DNA of 64,000 nt, taken from the NCBI GenBank assembly GCA_003213455.1, contig QCMX01000001.1, positions 1,667-65,666 on the forward strand, given 5' to 3'. The position numbers were made by a program, and so were the translations under genes. Below are positions 46,542 to 56,201 of the stretch, one piece after another. Below the pieces are notes generated by a model that saw only the letters and a list, made by a program, of their open reading frames with translations, had not been told where the DNA came from and ran no database searches. Numbering within the stretch: the first letter of the stretch is position 1; every line of letters starts with the position of its first letter. Source of the stretch: SAR86 cluster bacterium AG-422-P06 (GTDB taxonomy: Bacteria > Pseudomonadota > Gammaproteobacteria > Magnimaribacterales > TMED112).

Positions 46542-47773
46542 TGAAAAAACTAAAAATTGCTCTGCTTAGTTACAGAAGTGATCCCTTTTCAGGTGGCCAA
46601 GGAATCTATGTAAAAAATGTCTCTGAAGCACTTCTGAATTCAGGCCATGATGTAACTATTTTTTCTGGCAAACCACTTCCTCTTGTTGATGAAAAAATTA
46701 AGGTAGTTGAAGTACATACTCCAGGATATTTTGAAACATTTAATTCATTAGAAAGGTTTAAAATTTTCCAAGCTCAAGAAAAGACCAGATTGAATATCTG
46801 GGATTTTATTGAAACTTTTACTGGAACTTTTACTGAACCTATATTTTTTGGTGACAGACTCTTACGAAACACAGAATTTGCAAAAACAGCTGACTCTTTT
46901 GACGCGTTCCATGACAATCAATCTATCAGCAACTACCCAGACTCAATAACTAAGAAACTTGTAACTACTCTGCATCACCCAATACATGTTGATAGGGATA
47001 TTGATCTTGAAAATGAGAGCAGTTTTTTAAATAAGTTATCAATAAAAAGGTGGTACTCGTTTCTTAATTTTCAAAAAAAGAATCTTAAGAAGGTAAAGAG
47101 AGTGATATCACCTTCCAAGTCTTCTAAGAAAGATATATGTCGCTACTTTGATTATCCAGAAGATCAAATTTCAGTTATTTGGAATGGGATAGATTTAGAT
47201 GATTGCAAGTTTCATCAGAGATCTGCTTTTAATTTTGAGTTTGTAACAATAATAAGTTCTGACGTTCCAATGAAGAATTTAAAAAATATTTTAAAAGCTC
47301 TTTACCTACTCAAAAATGATGGATTAAGTGCAAGACTCACTATCATTGGTGATCTGAGAGAAGTTAATAAAAAATTAATTGAAGATTTAGGTTTAAGTGA
47401 CCTGGTCTCCTTCAAACCAAAATTACCAAGAAATGAATTAATAGAAATATTAAATGCTTCAGATATAGGAATAGCTGCATCAAGCTATGAGGGCTTCGGA
47501 TTTCCGCTTGTAGAAATGATAGCAACTGGGTTACCCGTGATTGTTTCTGATAAAGCATCTTTACCTGAGCTTGCTGGAGATGCAGGTTTGATATTCAGCT
47601 CAGACGATGCAAATGATTTGAAAGAAAAAATGAAAGAACTAATTAAAAATCACGCCTTGAGAGAGGAATTAGCTAACAATTCAAAGATAAGAAGAGATGC
47701 TTTTTTTGGGTGGGACGAGTATGCTAAGAAACTTGAGGATCTCTTCGAAGAAATAATTAGTGGAAACGTTTAA
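46541..47773 (+). CDS. GT4-family glycosyltransferase
   Basis: 410 aa. N-terminal GGQGIYV and C-terminal ASSYEGFGFPLVEMIATGLPVIVS (EX7E-type motif). Confidence 0.8.
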   Translation: MKKLKIALLSYRSDPFSGGQGIYVKNVSEALLNSGHDVTIFSGKPLPLVDEKIKVVEVHTPGYFETFNSLERFKIFQAQEKTRLNIWDFIETFTGTFTEPIFFGDRLLRNTEFAKTADSFDAFHDNQSISNYPDSITKKLVTTLHHPIHVDRDIDLENESSFLNKLSIKRWYSFLNFQKKNLKKVKRVISPSKSSKKDICRYFDYPEDQISVIWNGIDLDDCKFHQRSAFNFEFVTIISSDVPMKNLKNILKALYLLKNDGLSARLTIIGDLREVNKKLIEDLGLSDLVSFKPKLPRNELIEILNASDIGIAASSYEGFGFPLVEMIATGLPVIVSDKASLPELAGDAGLIFSSDDANDLKEKMKELIKNHALREELANNSKIRRDAFFGWDEYAKKLEDLFEEIISGNV

Positions 47774-48455
47774 CTTCAATTCATTAAACTTAAAAAAAAT
47801 AAAGACTGCCATAGATGTAGGTTGTGGCAATGGTAGGCACTTAAAATCTTTGGGATTCAAACTTTCAAATGCCGAAATAATTGGTATAGATCAATCAGAG
47901 ATAGAAATAAATGCTTTAAAAGAGGAGTTTCAAGAACATACTTGCAAGAATCAAAATGCTTATCAATTTATTCGAGGAGATGTTAGAAATATTGAAATTC
48001 CAGATAACTCACAAGATTTAGTCATATGCTCAGAAGTTCTTGAACATGTACCAAATTTTCGAGAAGTTTTAAAAGAGTGTTACAGAATATTAAAGCCAGG
48101 AGCAGTAATGTTAATTAGTGTGCCAAGCTATCTTCCTGAAAGTCTTTGTTGGATGTATTCAAAAGAATATATGCAAACGCCCGGAGGCCATATCAGGATA
48201 TTTAAAAAAGATTTTCTCAAAGAATGTTTCAGAGAGTTGAATCTTAAATTATTTAAACATCATAGAGAACATTCTATGCATTCAATATATTGGATACTTA
48301 AGGCAAGAAATAATATGGAAGAAAATGATTTCTTAAAATCATGGCATGCATTATTGGTAAAACAAATGTTTGGACAAGCTAAATTTTCCTTATTTCTAGA
48401 AAAATTATTAAACCCATTTTTTGGTAAGTCCGAATGTTTCTATCTTAGAAAATGA
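47760..48455 (+). CDS. Class I SAM-dependent methyltransferase (Methyltransf_11-like)
   Basis: 231 aa. Motif I IDVGCGNGRH and post-I/II LVICSEVLEHVPN. It overlaps the GT4 gene by 14 nt. Confidence 0.8.
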   Translation: METFNFNSLNLKKIKTAIDVGCGNGRHLKSLGFKLSNAEIIGIDQSEIEINALKEEFQEHTCKNQNAYQFIRGDVRNIEIPDNSQDLVICSEVLEHVPNFREVLKECYRILKPGAVMLISVPSYLPESLCWMYSKEYMQTPGGHIRIFKKDFLKECFRELNLKLFKHHREHSMHSIYWILKARNNMEENDFLKSWHALLVKQMFGQAKFSLFLEKLLNPFFGKSECFYLRK

Positions 48456-49429
48456 TAAGCAACTCGATTAAAAATGACCTTAGATCTGCTAAAGATTGGA
48501 TTTTATCTAACCAAAATGAAAAAGGCGCAATTTTATGGGACCAAAAAGGTAAATGGGACTATTGGGATCATTGTGAATGCCTTGTTGCCTTGGCCATATA
48601 TCAAGAGTGGGAAGCTTTTAATAAAGGACTTAAGTTTTGCTTAAGTCAACTTGATGAAAAAGGCCTAGTTAAATCTGAATACATCAATGAAAAAGTAACT
48701 AAAGATTTCAATGAAGCACATCATACTGCCTATATTTTCTTGCCTCTACTGCAAAAGTATATGATTGATCAGGATCTCAATTACCTACAAAGTTTAAGGA
48801 AAAAGATCCATTTAATTTATGCTGCCCTTAAAAAATTTAAAGGAGAAGATGGCTTTTACTTTTGGGCTAAAGATGAGAATGGCTTTTCAGATAACTCTCT
48901 AATTACGGCAACATGTTCTATTGAACTTTCTAGAAGGGCATATAACAGAATATGTGAAATTCTAGGCGATACAGATTATCTTGATACTTCTGCAGCAATT
49001 ACACCTCAAAACCTTAATTCAAAAAAATTTAATAGAGATGGTGTAGATAGATCAAGATTTTCAATGGATGCTTATTATCCTTTGCTTTGCGAATGCGGTA
49101 ATAAAGCAGACGCAGAAAAAGTTTTAGAAAAATTTTATGTTGAAGGAATAGGGGTGAAATGTGTTGTGGAAGAGCCATGGGTCACTTTAGCCGAATCTTC
49201 TGAATGTGTTATTGCTTTATTTAAAATTGGCATGGAAACAGAAGCACATAAAATTTTTAGCGAGATCCTTAGGTATAAAAATTCTTCTGGTTATTTTCCT
49301 ACAGGCTACCAGTATGATCTTGATATATTCTGGCCGGATGAAAATTCAACTTGGACTAATGCTGCAATAATTATGGCTGCAGACTGTCTATATGATATTT
49401 CTGGCAAAGAGAAAGCAATACTTCTTTAG
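48452..49429 (+). CDS. Hypothetical protein, possibly (alpha/alpha)6-barrel (prenyltransferase/six-hairpin glycosidase-like)
   Basis: 325 aa. It has repeated aromatic-rich helical pairs (AKDWILSNQNEKGAILWD, WVTLAESSECVIAL, TWTNAAIIMAADCL). The fold guess is not verifiable here. Confidence 0.35.
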   Translation: MISNSIKNDLRSAKDWILSNQNEKGAILWDQKGKWDYWDHCECLVALAIYQEWEAFNKGLKFCLSQLDEKGLVKSEYINEKVTKDFNEAHHTAYIFLPLLQKYMIDQDLNYLQSLRKKIHLIYAALKKFKGEDGFYFWAKDENGFSDNSLITATCSIELSRRAYNRICEILGDTDYLDTSAAITPQNLNSKKFNRDGVDRSRFSMDAYYPLLCECGNKADAEKVLEKFYVEGIGVKCVVEEPWVTLAESSECVIALFKIGMETEAHKIFSEILRYKNSSGYFPTGYQYDLDIFWPDENSTWTNAAIIMAADCLYDISGKEKAILL

Positions 49430-50103
49430 CGCTTAAGAATTACAAGACTCTTTCTTCTTTCTAAAAGCTTGAAGCCTTCATCTAATGCTTTAAGGTAGAT
49501 TTCTTTTGGTGCTTGACCTCCTTCTTCTTCTGAATCATAGATATCGTGAATTGCTAGCACACCACCTGCACGTAATTTTTTTACCCAATACTTATAATCA
49601 CTTCTTGCTGACTCAAATGTATGGCTGCCGTCAATAAATAAAAAATCTAGCTCATCAGGCACAACTTTGGAAGCTTCTTTTGAAGACATGATTACTGGTT
49701 CAATGTAATTATCTAATTCAAATTTTGTGATATTTTTTAAGAATAATGGCAGAGTATTTACCTCATTTTTTGAGTAATCAAAGATTTCTTCATCAAAGTA
49801 TTCCTCTCCAAACTGTTGTTCTTCTGATCCTTTATGATGATCAACTGAGTACAGTTTTGATCCAGTCTCTTTGCAAGCATGTCCTATATAGCAAGCAGAC
49901 TTTCCACAGTAAGATCCTATCTCTGCACAAATTCCATTGAGATAAGCAGATTTGCAAAATTTATGCAGCGCATTACCCTCTTCTGGATCTAAAAAACCTT
50001 TAATTTCATCAAAATTATCAATCATAAATGTCAGGAGCCTGTGACTTAAACCTTCTGTGATGCCATAAATAATGTTCTGGAGCCTGATTAACGCTTCTTT
50101 CAA
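49426..50103 (-). CDS. Class I SAM-dependent methyltransferase (Methyltransf_24/TylF-like)
   Basis: 225 aa. EIGSYCGKS motif I and FIDGSHTFESARSDYKYW...GGVLAIHDI. An alternative ATG at 50025 would cut the overlap with lpxL from 86 to 8 nt. Confidence 0.7.
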   Translation of the reverse strand: MKEALIRLQNIIYGITEGLSHRLLTFMIDNFDEIKGFLDPEEGNALHKFCKSAYLNGICAEIGSYCGKSACYIGHACKETGSKLYSVDHHKGSEEQQFGEEYFDEEIFDYSKNEVNTLPLFLKNITKFELDNYIEPVIMSSKEASKVVPDELDFLFIDGSHTFESARSDYKYWVKKLRAGGVLAIHDIYDSEEEGGQAPKEIYLKALDEGFKLLERRKSLVILKR

Positions 50104-50878
50104 TAATTTTATTTATATTATCTGCAAAGGCTTGTTTGTTTTCAGCAGTATGTGATACGTCTTCTAATATAAATTTATAACCATCACTTGTTTTATAAAA
50201 ATCCAGATATATTAATTTACAGTTTGTAATTTTTCTTAAATTATATGGAACTGTCGTGGTCAGGCATGGTTTAGAAAAAAATTCAGAAACAACAGATCTT
50301 TTATTTCTATAGTCTTGATCTGGCCCATATAAGACTGTTTTACCTTCTTTAAGCCAATTAATTAGTTGATTGATGTTTGAATTAGCTGTTAAGCCTTTCA
50401 TTGATTTTAGTCTTCCTTTTTGTTGCAAGCTTTGTATAGCAGGATTGTTATTTGGTCTTTCCATGCCATAAATTTCAAAACGTTCAGAAATAAGCCTTGC
50501 TGAAAGTTCTAAGAAGATACTATGCCTGAATAAAAGGAGCACCCCGATATTTTGTTTTTGTGCATCAGCTAGCAATTCACCATTCTGAACCTCACATTTG
50601 TATTTATTTATTCTTTTGTCCGCATTCCATGCAAAATTATTTTCATAAAGTGCTAAAAAGGTTTCACCCCATATTTTCTCAACCAAATCATTTCGCCATT
50701 CAGGAGTTTTATCCTGATAACAATGATTAATATTTGCTTCAATTATCTTTCTTCTCTTCTTTAATAATTTACTAAGCAAAGACCATAAGGGTGAATTTTT
50801 GTTTGTGAAAATTGACTTTGGAATAAAGCTTAATGCCTTAGTGAAAGAAATTAGTAATATAAGAGTGATATTATTCAT
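50018..50878 (-). CDS. lpxL: Lipid A biosynthesis (Kdo)2-lipid IVA acyltransferase (LpxL/LpxM family)
   Basis: 286 aa. N-terminal anchor, HX4(D/E) motif RHSIFLE, and length and context next to waaA. Confidence 0.8.
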   Translation of the reverse strand: MNNITLILLISFTKALSFIPKSIFTNKNSPLWSLLSKLLKKRRKIIEANINHCYQDKTPEWRNDLVEKIWGETFLALYENNFAWNADKRINKYKCEVQNGELLADAQKQNIGVLLLFRHSIFLELSARLISERFEIYGMERPNNNPAIQSLQQKGRLKSMKGLTANSNINQLINWLKEGKTVLYGPDQDYRNKRSVVSEFFSKPCLTTTVPYNLRKITNCKLIYLDFYKTSDGYKFILEDVSHTAENKQAFADNINKIIERSVNQAPEHYLWHHRRFKSQAPDIYD

Positions 50879-50881
50879 TTA

Positions 50882-52111
50882 ATGTTTTTTATATATAGCT
50901 TAATTTATATCTTACTTCTGCCTCTTTTAATTCTAAGAGACTTATTAACATTAGATAAGAATAAACTAAAAACTATTCAGCAAAAGTTAGGGCTTAATAT
51001 ATCTATTGTTGAAAACCAAACAATCTGGTTGCATGGCGTAAGCTTAGGAGAAATTAAAATCCTTTCTCCATTAGCGCAAAAGCTGAGCGATCAAGGTCAA
51101 AATATTCTTATCACATCAACTACAAATACAGGCTTAAAAGAGTTAAGTAAAAATTTTAGTAATTCTGCTATAAAAATACTCCCATTCCCTTATGACCTTG
51201 GGTTTGCACATAAAAAAATTATCTCAAATTATAAAGTTAGTAAAATTATTCTATTTGAAAGTGAGTTTTGGCCTAACTTGCTAAATGTCGCAAAAAATTT
51301 AAATGTAGTTTCACTTAACACCACAATTTCAGATACAAGTTTTAGAAGATTTAAGATGCTGAAAGCTTTTTCACGCCAACTCTTTAGTAAAATTGATTTA
51401 TTCTTGGCTCAGTCGAGATTAACAATTGATAGGCTAGAGTTTTTTGGAGTTAAAAAAATAAAGCTTATTGGGAACATTAAAATTAACCCAGAAAATTATA
51501 GTGTTGATCTAAATAAAAAGAATCACTACCAAAAAATCTTAGGCACAGAAAAATTGAATGTAATTTTAGGCAGCTCTCATGAAGGGGAGGAAATTTTTGT
51601 TGTTGAGGCTCTTGCCAAAATGGATTTAAACCTCATCCTTGCTCCTAGACATCCTGAAAGAGTTTCAAAAGTTGTAAAAGAGCTGGAAAATTTTGGTTTG
51701 AAGGGTATTAAAATGTCTTCATTACAAGGTGAAGCTAATACAAGAATTAATGACAATGAAATTCTGATTTTTGATGAGGTGGGAGACTTGATTAATCTTT
51801 ATGCTGCAGGTGATTTAGCTATTGTTGCAGGCAGCATTAATTATGCAAAAGGCCATAATTTTATGGAGCCTGTTTTTGTAAATACCTTATCAATTACTGG
51901 TTCTAAACTAGATAACTATAGGCAAATTAAAGAGGATCTTTGCGATACAAATATTATTGAGACATTCTCAGATCAAGATGAGCTAAGATCTCTGATAAGT
52001 AAGTATCAAAATATAGCTATGAGAAATAGAAAGTCATCAGCTCAAAATGATGCTTTAAAAAGTTACTCTGGGTCATATGATGAGATCATTAAGTTTATAG
52101 ATGAGCTATAG
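50882..52111 (+). CDS. waaA: 3-deoxy-D-manno-octulosonic acid transferase
   Basis: 409 aa. WLHGVSLGE motif and the C-terminal GGS...GHN.EP pattern. Confidence 0.9.
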   Translation: MFFIYSLIYILLLPLLILRDLLTLDKNKLKTIQQKLGLNISIVENQTIWLHGVSLGEIKILSPLAQKLSDQGQNILITSTTNTGLKELSKNFSNSAIKILPFPYDLGFAHKKIISNYKVSKIILFESEFWPNLLNVAKNLNVVSLNTTISDTSFRRFKMLKAFSRQLFSKIDLFLAQSRLTIDRLEFFGVKKIKLIGNIKINPENYSVDLNKKNHYQKILGTEKLNVILGSSHEGEEIFVVEALAKMDLNLILAPRHPERVSKVVKELENFGLKGIKMSSLQGEANTRINDNEILIFDEVGDLINLYAAGDLAIVAGSINYAKGHNFMEPVFVNTLSITGSKLDNYRQIKEDLCDTNIIETFSDQDELRSLISKYQNIAMRNRKSSAQNDALKSYSGSYDEIIKFIDEL

Positions 52112-53051
52112 ATACGATTTGCCTGCAATTTTCTTAGTTGGCCCTTCAGCAGTTGGCAAAACTTCGTTGTCTCTAGAGCTTGCTCGTCAATTTCCTGTTG
52201 AGGTAGTAAGTGTCGATAGTGCAATGGTATTTAAAGGTATGGATATTGGAACATGTAAGCCTACTGCTAGTGAACAGAAAATCGTAAAACATCATTTGAT
52301 TGATGTTATAGAACCAGATAAAAACTTCAATGCAGGCATTTTCTTAGAACATGTTGAGCAATCTTTAGAAAAGATAGTAAAGAATAAGAAAATCCCATTG
52401 TTTGTTGGAGGTTCAATGATGTTTCATAAGCTCTTATTAGAAGGTATCCATGATTTTCCAACTGACAAGGGAATTAGAACAGAAATTGATGAAATGAAAG
52501 AAAATAATGGTCAAAAAGGATTAGTTGAAGAGCTAAAAGAAGCTGATCCTGAAACATATAACACCATAGATATCAAAAATTCTAGGAGAGTTGAAAGGGC
52601 CTTGGAAATAATCAAAATAACAAAAACAAAATTGTCTGATTTGAAGAGACAGCCTTCAAGAAAAATACTCAACAAGGATCATTGCTTGTTATTGGGAATG
52701 TCAGGCTCTAAAGAAATATTAGATACCAATGCTGAAGTTAGAATAAAAAAAATTATTAAAGAAGGTTTCTTAGAAGAGCTTGAGAATTTAGTAAATAGCT
52801 ATAAATTAACTTCTGTATCACACAGCATGAACTCAATAAATTACAAACAATTTTTGCCGCATCTAAATGGAAGTATAACTTTAGATGAAGCATGTAATGA
52901 TGCGCTTCAAGCTACCAAGAAGCTAATAAAAACTCAGCTAACATGGATGAAAAAATTTGAATTAAATTATGTAAAAAATACTTCAGATCAAAACGATTCA
53001 AATCTTTTTTCTGATACAATAAACACTTATCTAAGGAGCTTAAATAAATGA
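52101..53051 (+). CDS. miaA: tRNA dimethylallyltransferase
   Basis: 316 aa. GPSAVGKTSLSLELA P-loop, VSVDSAMVFKGMDIGT, HHLID. Confidence 0.9.
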   Translation: MSYRYDLPAIFLVGPSAVGKTSLSLELARQFPVEVVSVDSAMVFKGMDIGTCKPTASEQKIVKHHLIDVIEPDKNFNAGIFLEHVEQSLEKIVKNKKIPLFVGGSMMFHKLLLEGIHDFPTDKGIRTEIDEMKENNGQKGLVEELKEADPETYNTIDIKNSRRVERALEIIKITKTKLSDLKRQPSRKILNKDHCLLLGMSGSKEILDTNAEVRIKKIIKEGFLEELENLVNSYKLTSVSHSMNSINYKQFLPHLNGSITLDEACNDALQATKKLIKTQLTWMKKFELNYVKNTSDQNDSNLFSDTINTYLRSLNK

Positions 53052-54079
53052 GTTGGAATCCAAATGAAAATGATCCATGGGGTAGAAAGAATTCACCTCC
53101 AGATCTCGATGATGCAATAAAACAGCTAAGAAAAATGTTCTTTTCTGGCAATTCTGGTGGCGGAAGCACCGGAGGCGGAGGCGCAAGCTTTAAATTTAAT
53201 TTTAAATTCTTTACGTACCTAATTATGGGTCTGCTAGCACTTTATGTCTTTCTGGGAATAAGAATTGTTAATGAGGCTGATAGGTTGGTTGTCCTTACTC
53301 TTGGAAAATACAACAGAGTTCTTGGGCCTGGACTACAGTTCCACTTTCCAATTATTGAAGAAGTATATGCTGAAGAGAATATATCTAAGATTAGAACCTT
53401 TGTTCTTCCAACAAATATGCTTACTCGAGATGAGAATATAGTTGATATTGAATTAAACGTTCAGTACACCATTAGTGATCTAGTTAAATATTCCTTAATT
53501 GTTGAGGATCCAGAAATTACTATTAGGCAAGCAACAGAAAGTGCATTAAGACATGTTGTTGGTGAGAATAATATGGATAACTTACTTACATCTGGAGCAG
53601 CAGCTATCAGTTCGGGTATTCTTTTAAGATTAGAAGAATATTTAGATATTTATGATGCAGGCATATCGGTACAACAGGTAAATATTGAGCAAAGACAACC
53701 ACCTGCAGAAGTTATTGATTCTTTTAGAGATGTTGTAGCTGCAAGAGAGGATAAGGAAAGATTAAGAAATGAAGCAGAGAAATATGCTTTATCTATAGTC
53801 CCGCAGGCAAGAGGTGAGGCGCAAAGACAATTACAGGATGCAGAAGCTTACAAGCAGAAAGTAATTGCTGTAGCAGAAGGTGAAGCAGAAAGATTCAAAG
53901 CTTTACTTGTCGAATACGATAAAGCACCAGAAGTTACAAGAGAAAGGCTATATATCGATGCTTTAGAAGAAGTTCTTTCGTCAAGCACCAAAGTAATGAT
54001 CGATGTTGAGGGTGGCAATAACTTGCTTTACTTGCCTTTAGATCAGCTTATAAAAAAACAGGAGGACGATAATGAATAA
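53048..54079 (+). CDS. hflK: FtsH modulator HflK
   Basis: 343 aa. The N-terminus MSWNPNENDPWG...PPDLDD is typical of HflK. SPFH domain. Its ATG overlaps the miaA stop. Confidence 0.9.
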   Translation: MSWNPNENDPWGRKNSPPDLDDAIKQLRKMFFSGNSGGGSTGGGGASFKFNFKFFTYLIMGLLALYVFLGIRIVNEADRLVVLTLGKYNRVLGPGLQFHFPIIEEVYAEENISKIRTFVLPTNMLTRDENIVDIELNVQYTISDLVKYSLIVEDPEITIRQATESALRHVVGENNMDNLLTSGAAAISSGILLRLEEYLDIYDAGISVQQVNIEQRQPPAEVIDSFRDVVAAREDKERLRNEAEKYALSIVPQARGEAQRQLQDAEAYKQKVIAVAEGEAERFKALLVEYDKAPEVTRERLYIDALEEVLSSSTKVMIDVEGGNNLLYLPLDQLIKKQEDDNE

Positions 54080-54938
54080 AAACGGTTTTATTACTCTATT
54101 AGTAGTGCTTGTCATTACGGCTATTGTTCAATCTGTTGTGATTGTAAGGGATACGGAAAAAGCAATTCTGCTTAAACTCGGAGCTTTTGAGAGAACATTA
54201 GAGCCAGGTCTTAATTTTAAAGTCCCATTCGTTGATAGTGTTATCAAATTTGAAGGAAGACTCAGATCACTTGATACTCCACCAGATAGAGTTCTCTCTA
54301 GCGAAGCAAAACCATTGAATGTTGACTCATTCGTTAAATATAAAATTGTTGATGCAGAGACTTATTACACATCTACTAATGGTGGGCAAGATAGGGTTGC
54401 AGAAGATACATTACAAAGAAGAATAAAAGATAAGCTTAGAAATGAATTCGGTAAGAGAACTTTAATAGAAGTTGTTTCTGGTGATAGAGATGGTTTGATG
54501 CAAGCATTAAAAAATTCTCTTGGAGAAGATTCAGCTCAACTTGGTGTAGAGATAGTTGATTTTAGAGTTAAGAGAATAGATTTTGAAAGAGAAATTAGAG
54601 CTTCAGTTTTTGAAAGAATGAAAACTGAAAGAAATCGAATCGCAGAAGAGCTTAGAGCTGAAGGTAGAGAGACAGCAGAAAAAATTAGAGCTGATGCAGA
54701 CAAGCAAAGAACTATTATTCTAGCTAATGCTACAAAAGAAGCTGAGAAGACTAGGGGTCAGGGAGATGCTATTGCAACTTCAACTTATGCAGAAGCATAC
54801 AATAGAGATCCAGAGTTCTATGATTTTACTAGAAGCCTAAGAGCTTATAGAAATACTTTTAGGGATGAAGGTGATATTTTATTAATAGATCCTGATAGTG
54901 ATTACTTCAAGTATTTGAATAAATCTGATCCTGAATAA
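54072..54938 (+). CDS. hflC: FtsH modulator HflC
   Basis: 288 aa. SPFH domain. It overlaps hflK by 8 nt. Confidence 0.9.
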   Translation: MNKNGFITLLVVLVITAIVQSVVIVRDTEKAILLKLGAFERTLEPGLNFKVPFVDSVIKFEGRLRSLDTPPDRVLSSEAKPLNVDSFVKYKIVDAETYYTSTNGGQDRVAEDTLQRRIKDKLRNEFGKRTLIEVVSGDRDGLMQALKNSLGEDSAQLGVEIVDFRVKRIDFEREIRASVFERMKTERNRIAEELRAEGRETAEKIRADADKQRTIILANATKEAEKTRGQGDAIATSTYAEAYNRDPEFYDFTRSLRAYRNTFRDEGDILLIDPDSDYFKYLNKSDPE

Positions 54939-56201
54939 ATGAAAAAATCCCTTATCCTCGTAGGCACCCAATGGGGCGACGAAGGTAAGGGGAAAATTGT
55001 CGATTTTTATTCTAAAAAATTTGATGCCGTTTGCCGTTTTCAGGGCGGTCATAATGCAGGGCATACAATTTATAAAGCAGATGAAAAGTTTGTTCTTCAT
55101 TTAATTCCTTCAGGTGTTTTTTATGATCATGTTTCATGCTTCATTGGCCAAGGAGTAATTCTTTCTATTGATTCCTTATTAGAAGAAATTAAGCAGCTTG
55201 AAGAAAAAGGTATTGAACTTGAGGGTAAGCTTAGAATCAGCAGATATTGCAGTTTATTATTGCCTCTTCATGCAAAGATTGATCAGCTAAGAGAAGATAA
55301 TAAAAACTCTATAGGAACGACACGTAGAGGCATAGGTCCAGCATATGAAGATAAAACAGCTCGAAGAAGTATTAAAGCATTCGATTTAGAAGATAATGAT
55401 CTTTTAGAGAAAAAATTAAGAAGTCTAGTTGAATACTATAATTTTCAAATTAAAAATATTCATGATTCAGAACCATTTTCATATGATGATGTGTATAAAG
55501 ATTTAATTGAATCTTATAAGCAAGCATCTAAGTACTTTGGTGATGTTACAGATACATTAGAAAGTATTTTTGATGAAGGAGGAAATATCCTATATGAAGG
55601 TGCTCAGGGTACTTTATTGGACGTAGATTATGGAACTTATCCGTATGTTACTTCTTCAAATACCTTAGCAACCTCAGTTGGCATAGGTTCAGGGTTTCCA
55701 AAAAGTATTTATTCAGATGTCTTGGGAATTGCTAAAGCTTACACTACAAGAGTAGGTGCAGGACCTTTCCCAACAGAACTATTTTGTGAAACAGGTGAAA
55801 GAATTGCAAAATTAGGTCACGAATTTGGAGCTACAACTGGCAGACCAAGAAGGTGTGGGTGGTTAGATCTTGTGGCTTTAAGGTATTCTGCAAAATTAAA
55901 CAACCTTACTGAATTATGCATAACTAAGCTTGATGTCTTGGACTCTTTTGAAGAAATTAAAGTTTGCACTGACTATGAAGTTGAGAATAAAAAGACTGCT
56001 TTTAAATCAAGGTTATTACATAAAGCTAAACCAGTGTATAAATCTTTTGAAGGTTGGAATTGTTCACTAGAAAGCTGCAAAAATTACGATGATCTTCCTA
56101 AAAATGCTAAAGATTTCTTAGAATTTATTGAGGAATTTGTTGGCGTGAAAATAAGTTTAATTTCTAATGGACCAAATAGAGAAGATTTAATCCATAGATA
56201 G
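54939..56201 (+). CDS. purA: Adenylosuccinate synthetase
   Basis: 420 aa. GTQWGDEGKGKIVD, GIGPAY, GTTGRPRRCGW. Confidence 0.95.
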   Translation: MKKSLILVGTQWGDEGKGKIVDFYSKKFDAVCRFQGGHNAGHTIYKADEKFVLHLIPSGVFYDHVSCFIGQGVILSIDSLLEEIKQLEEKGIELEGKLRISRYCSLLLPLHAKIDQLREDNKNSIGTTRRGIGPAYEDKTARRSIKAFDLEDNDLLEKKLRSLVEYYNFQIKNIHDSEPFSYDDVYKDLIESYKQASKYFGDVTDTLESIFDEGGNILYEGAQGTLLDVDYGTYPYVTSSNTLATSVGIGSGFPKSIYSDVLGIAKAYTTRVGAGPFPTELFCETGERIAKLGHEFGATTGRPRRCGWLDLVALRYSAKLNNLTELCITKLDVLDSFEEIKVCTDYEVENKKTAFKSRLLHKAKPVYKSFEGWNCSLESCKNYDDLPKNAKDFLEFIEEFVGVKISLISNGPNREDLIHR

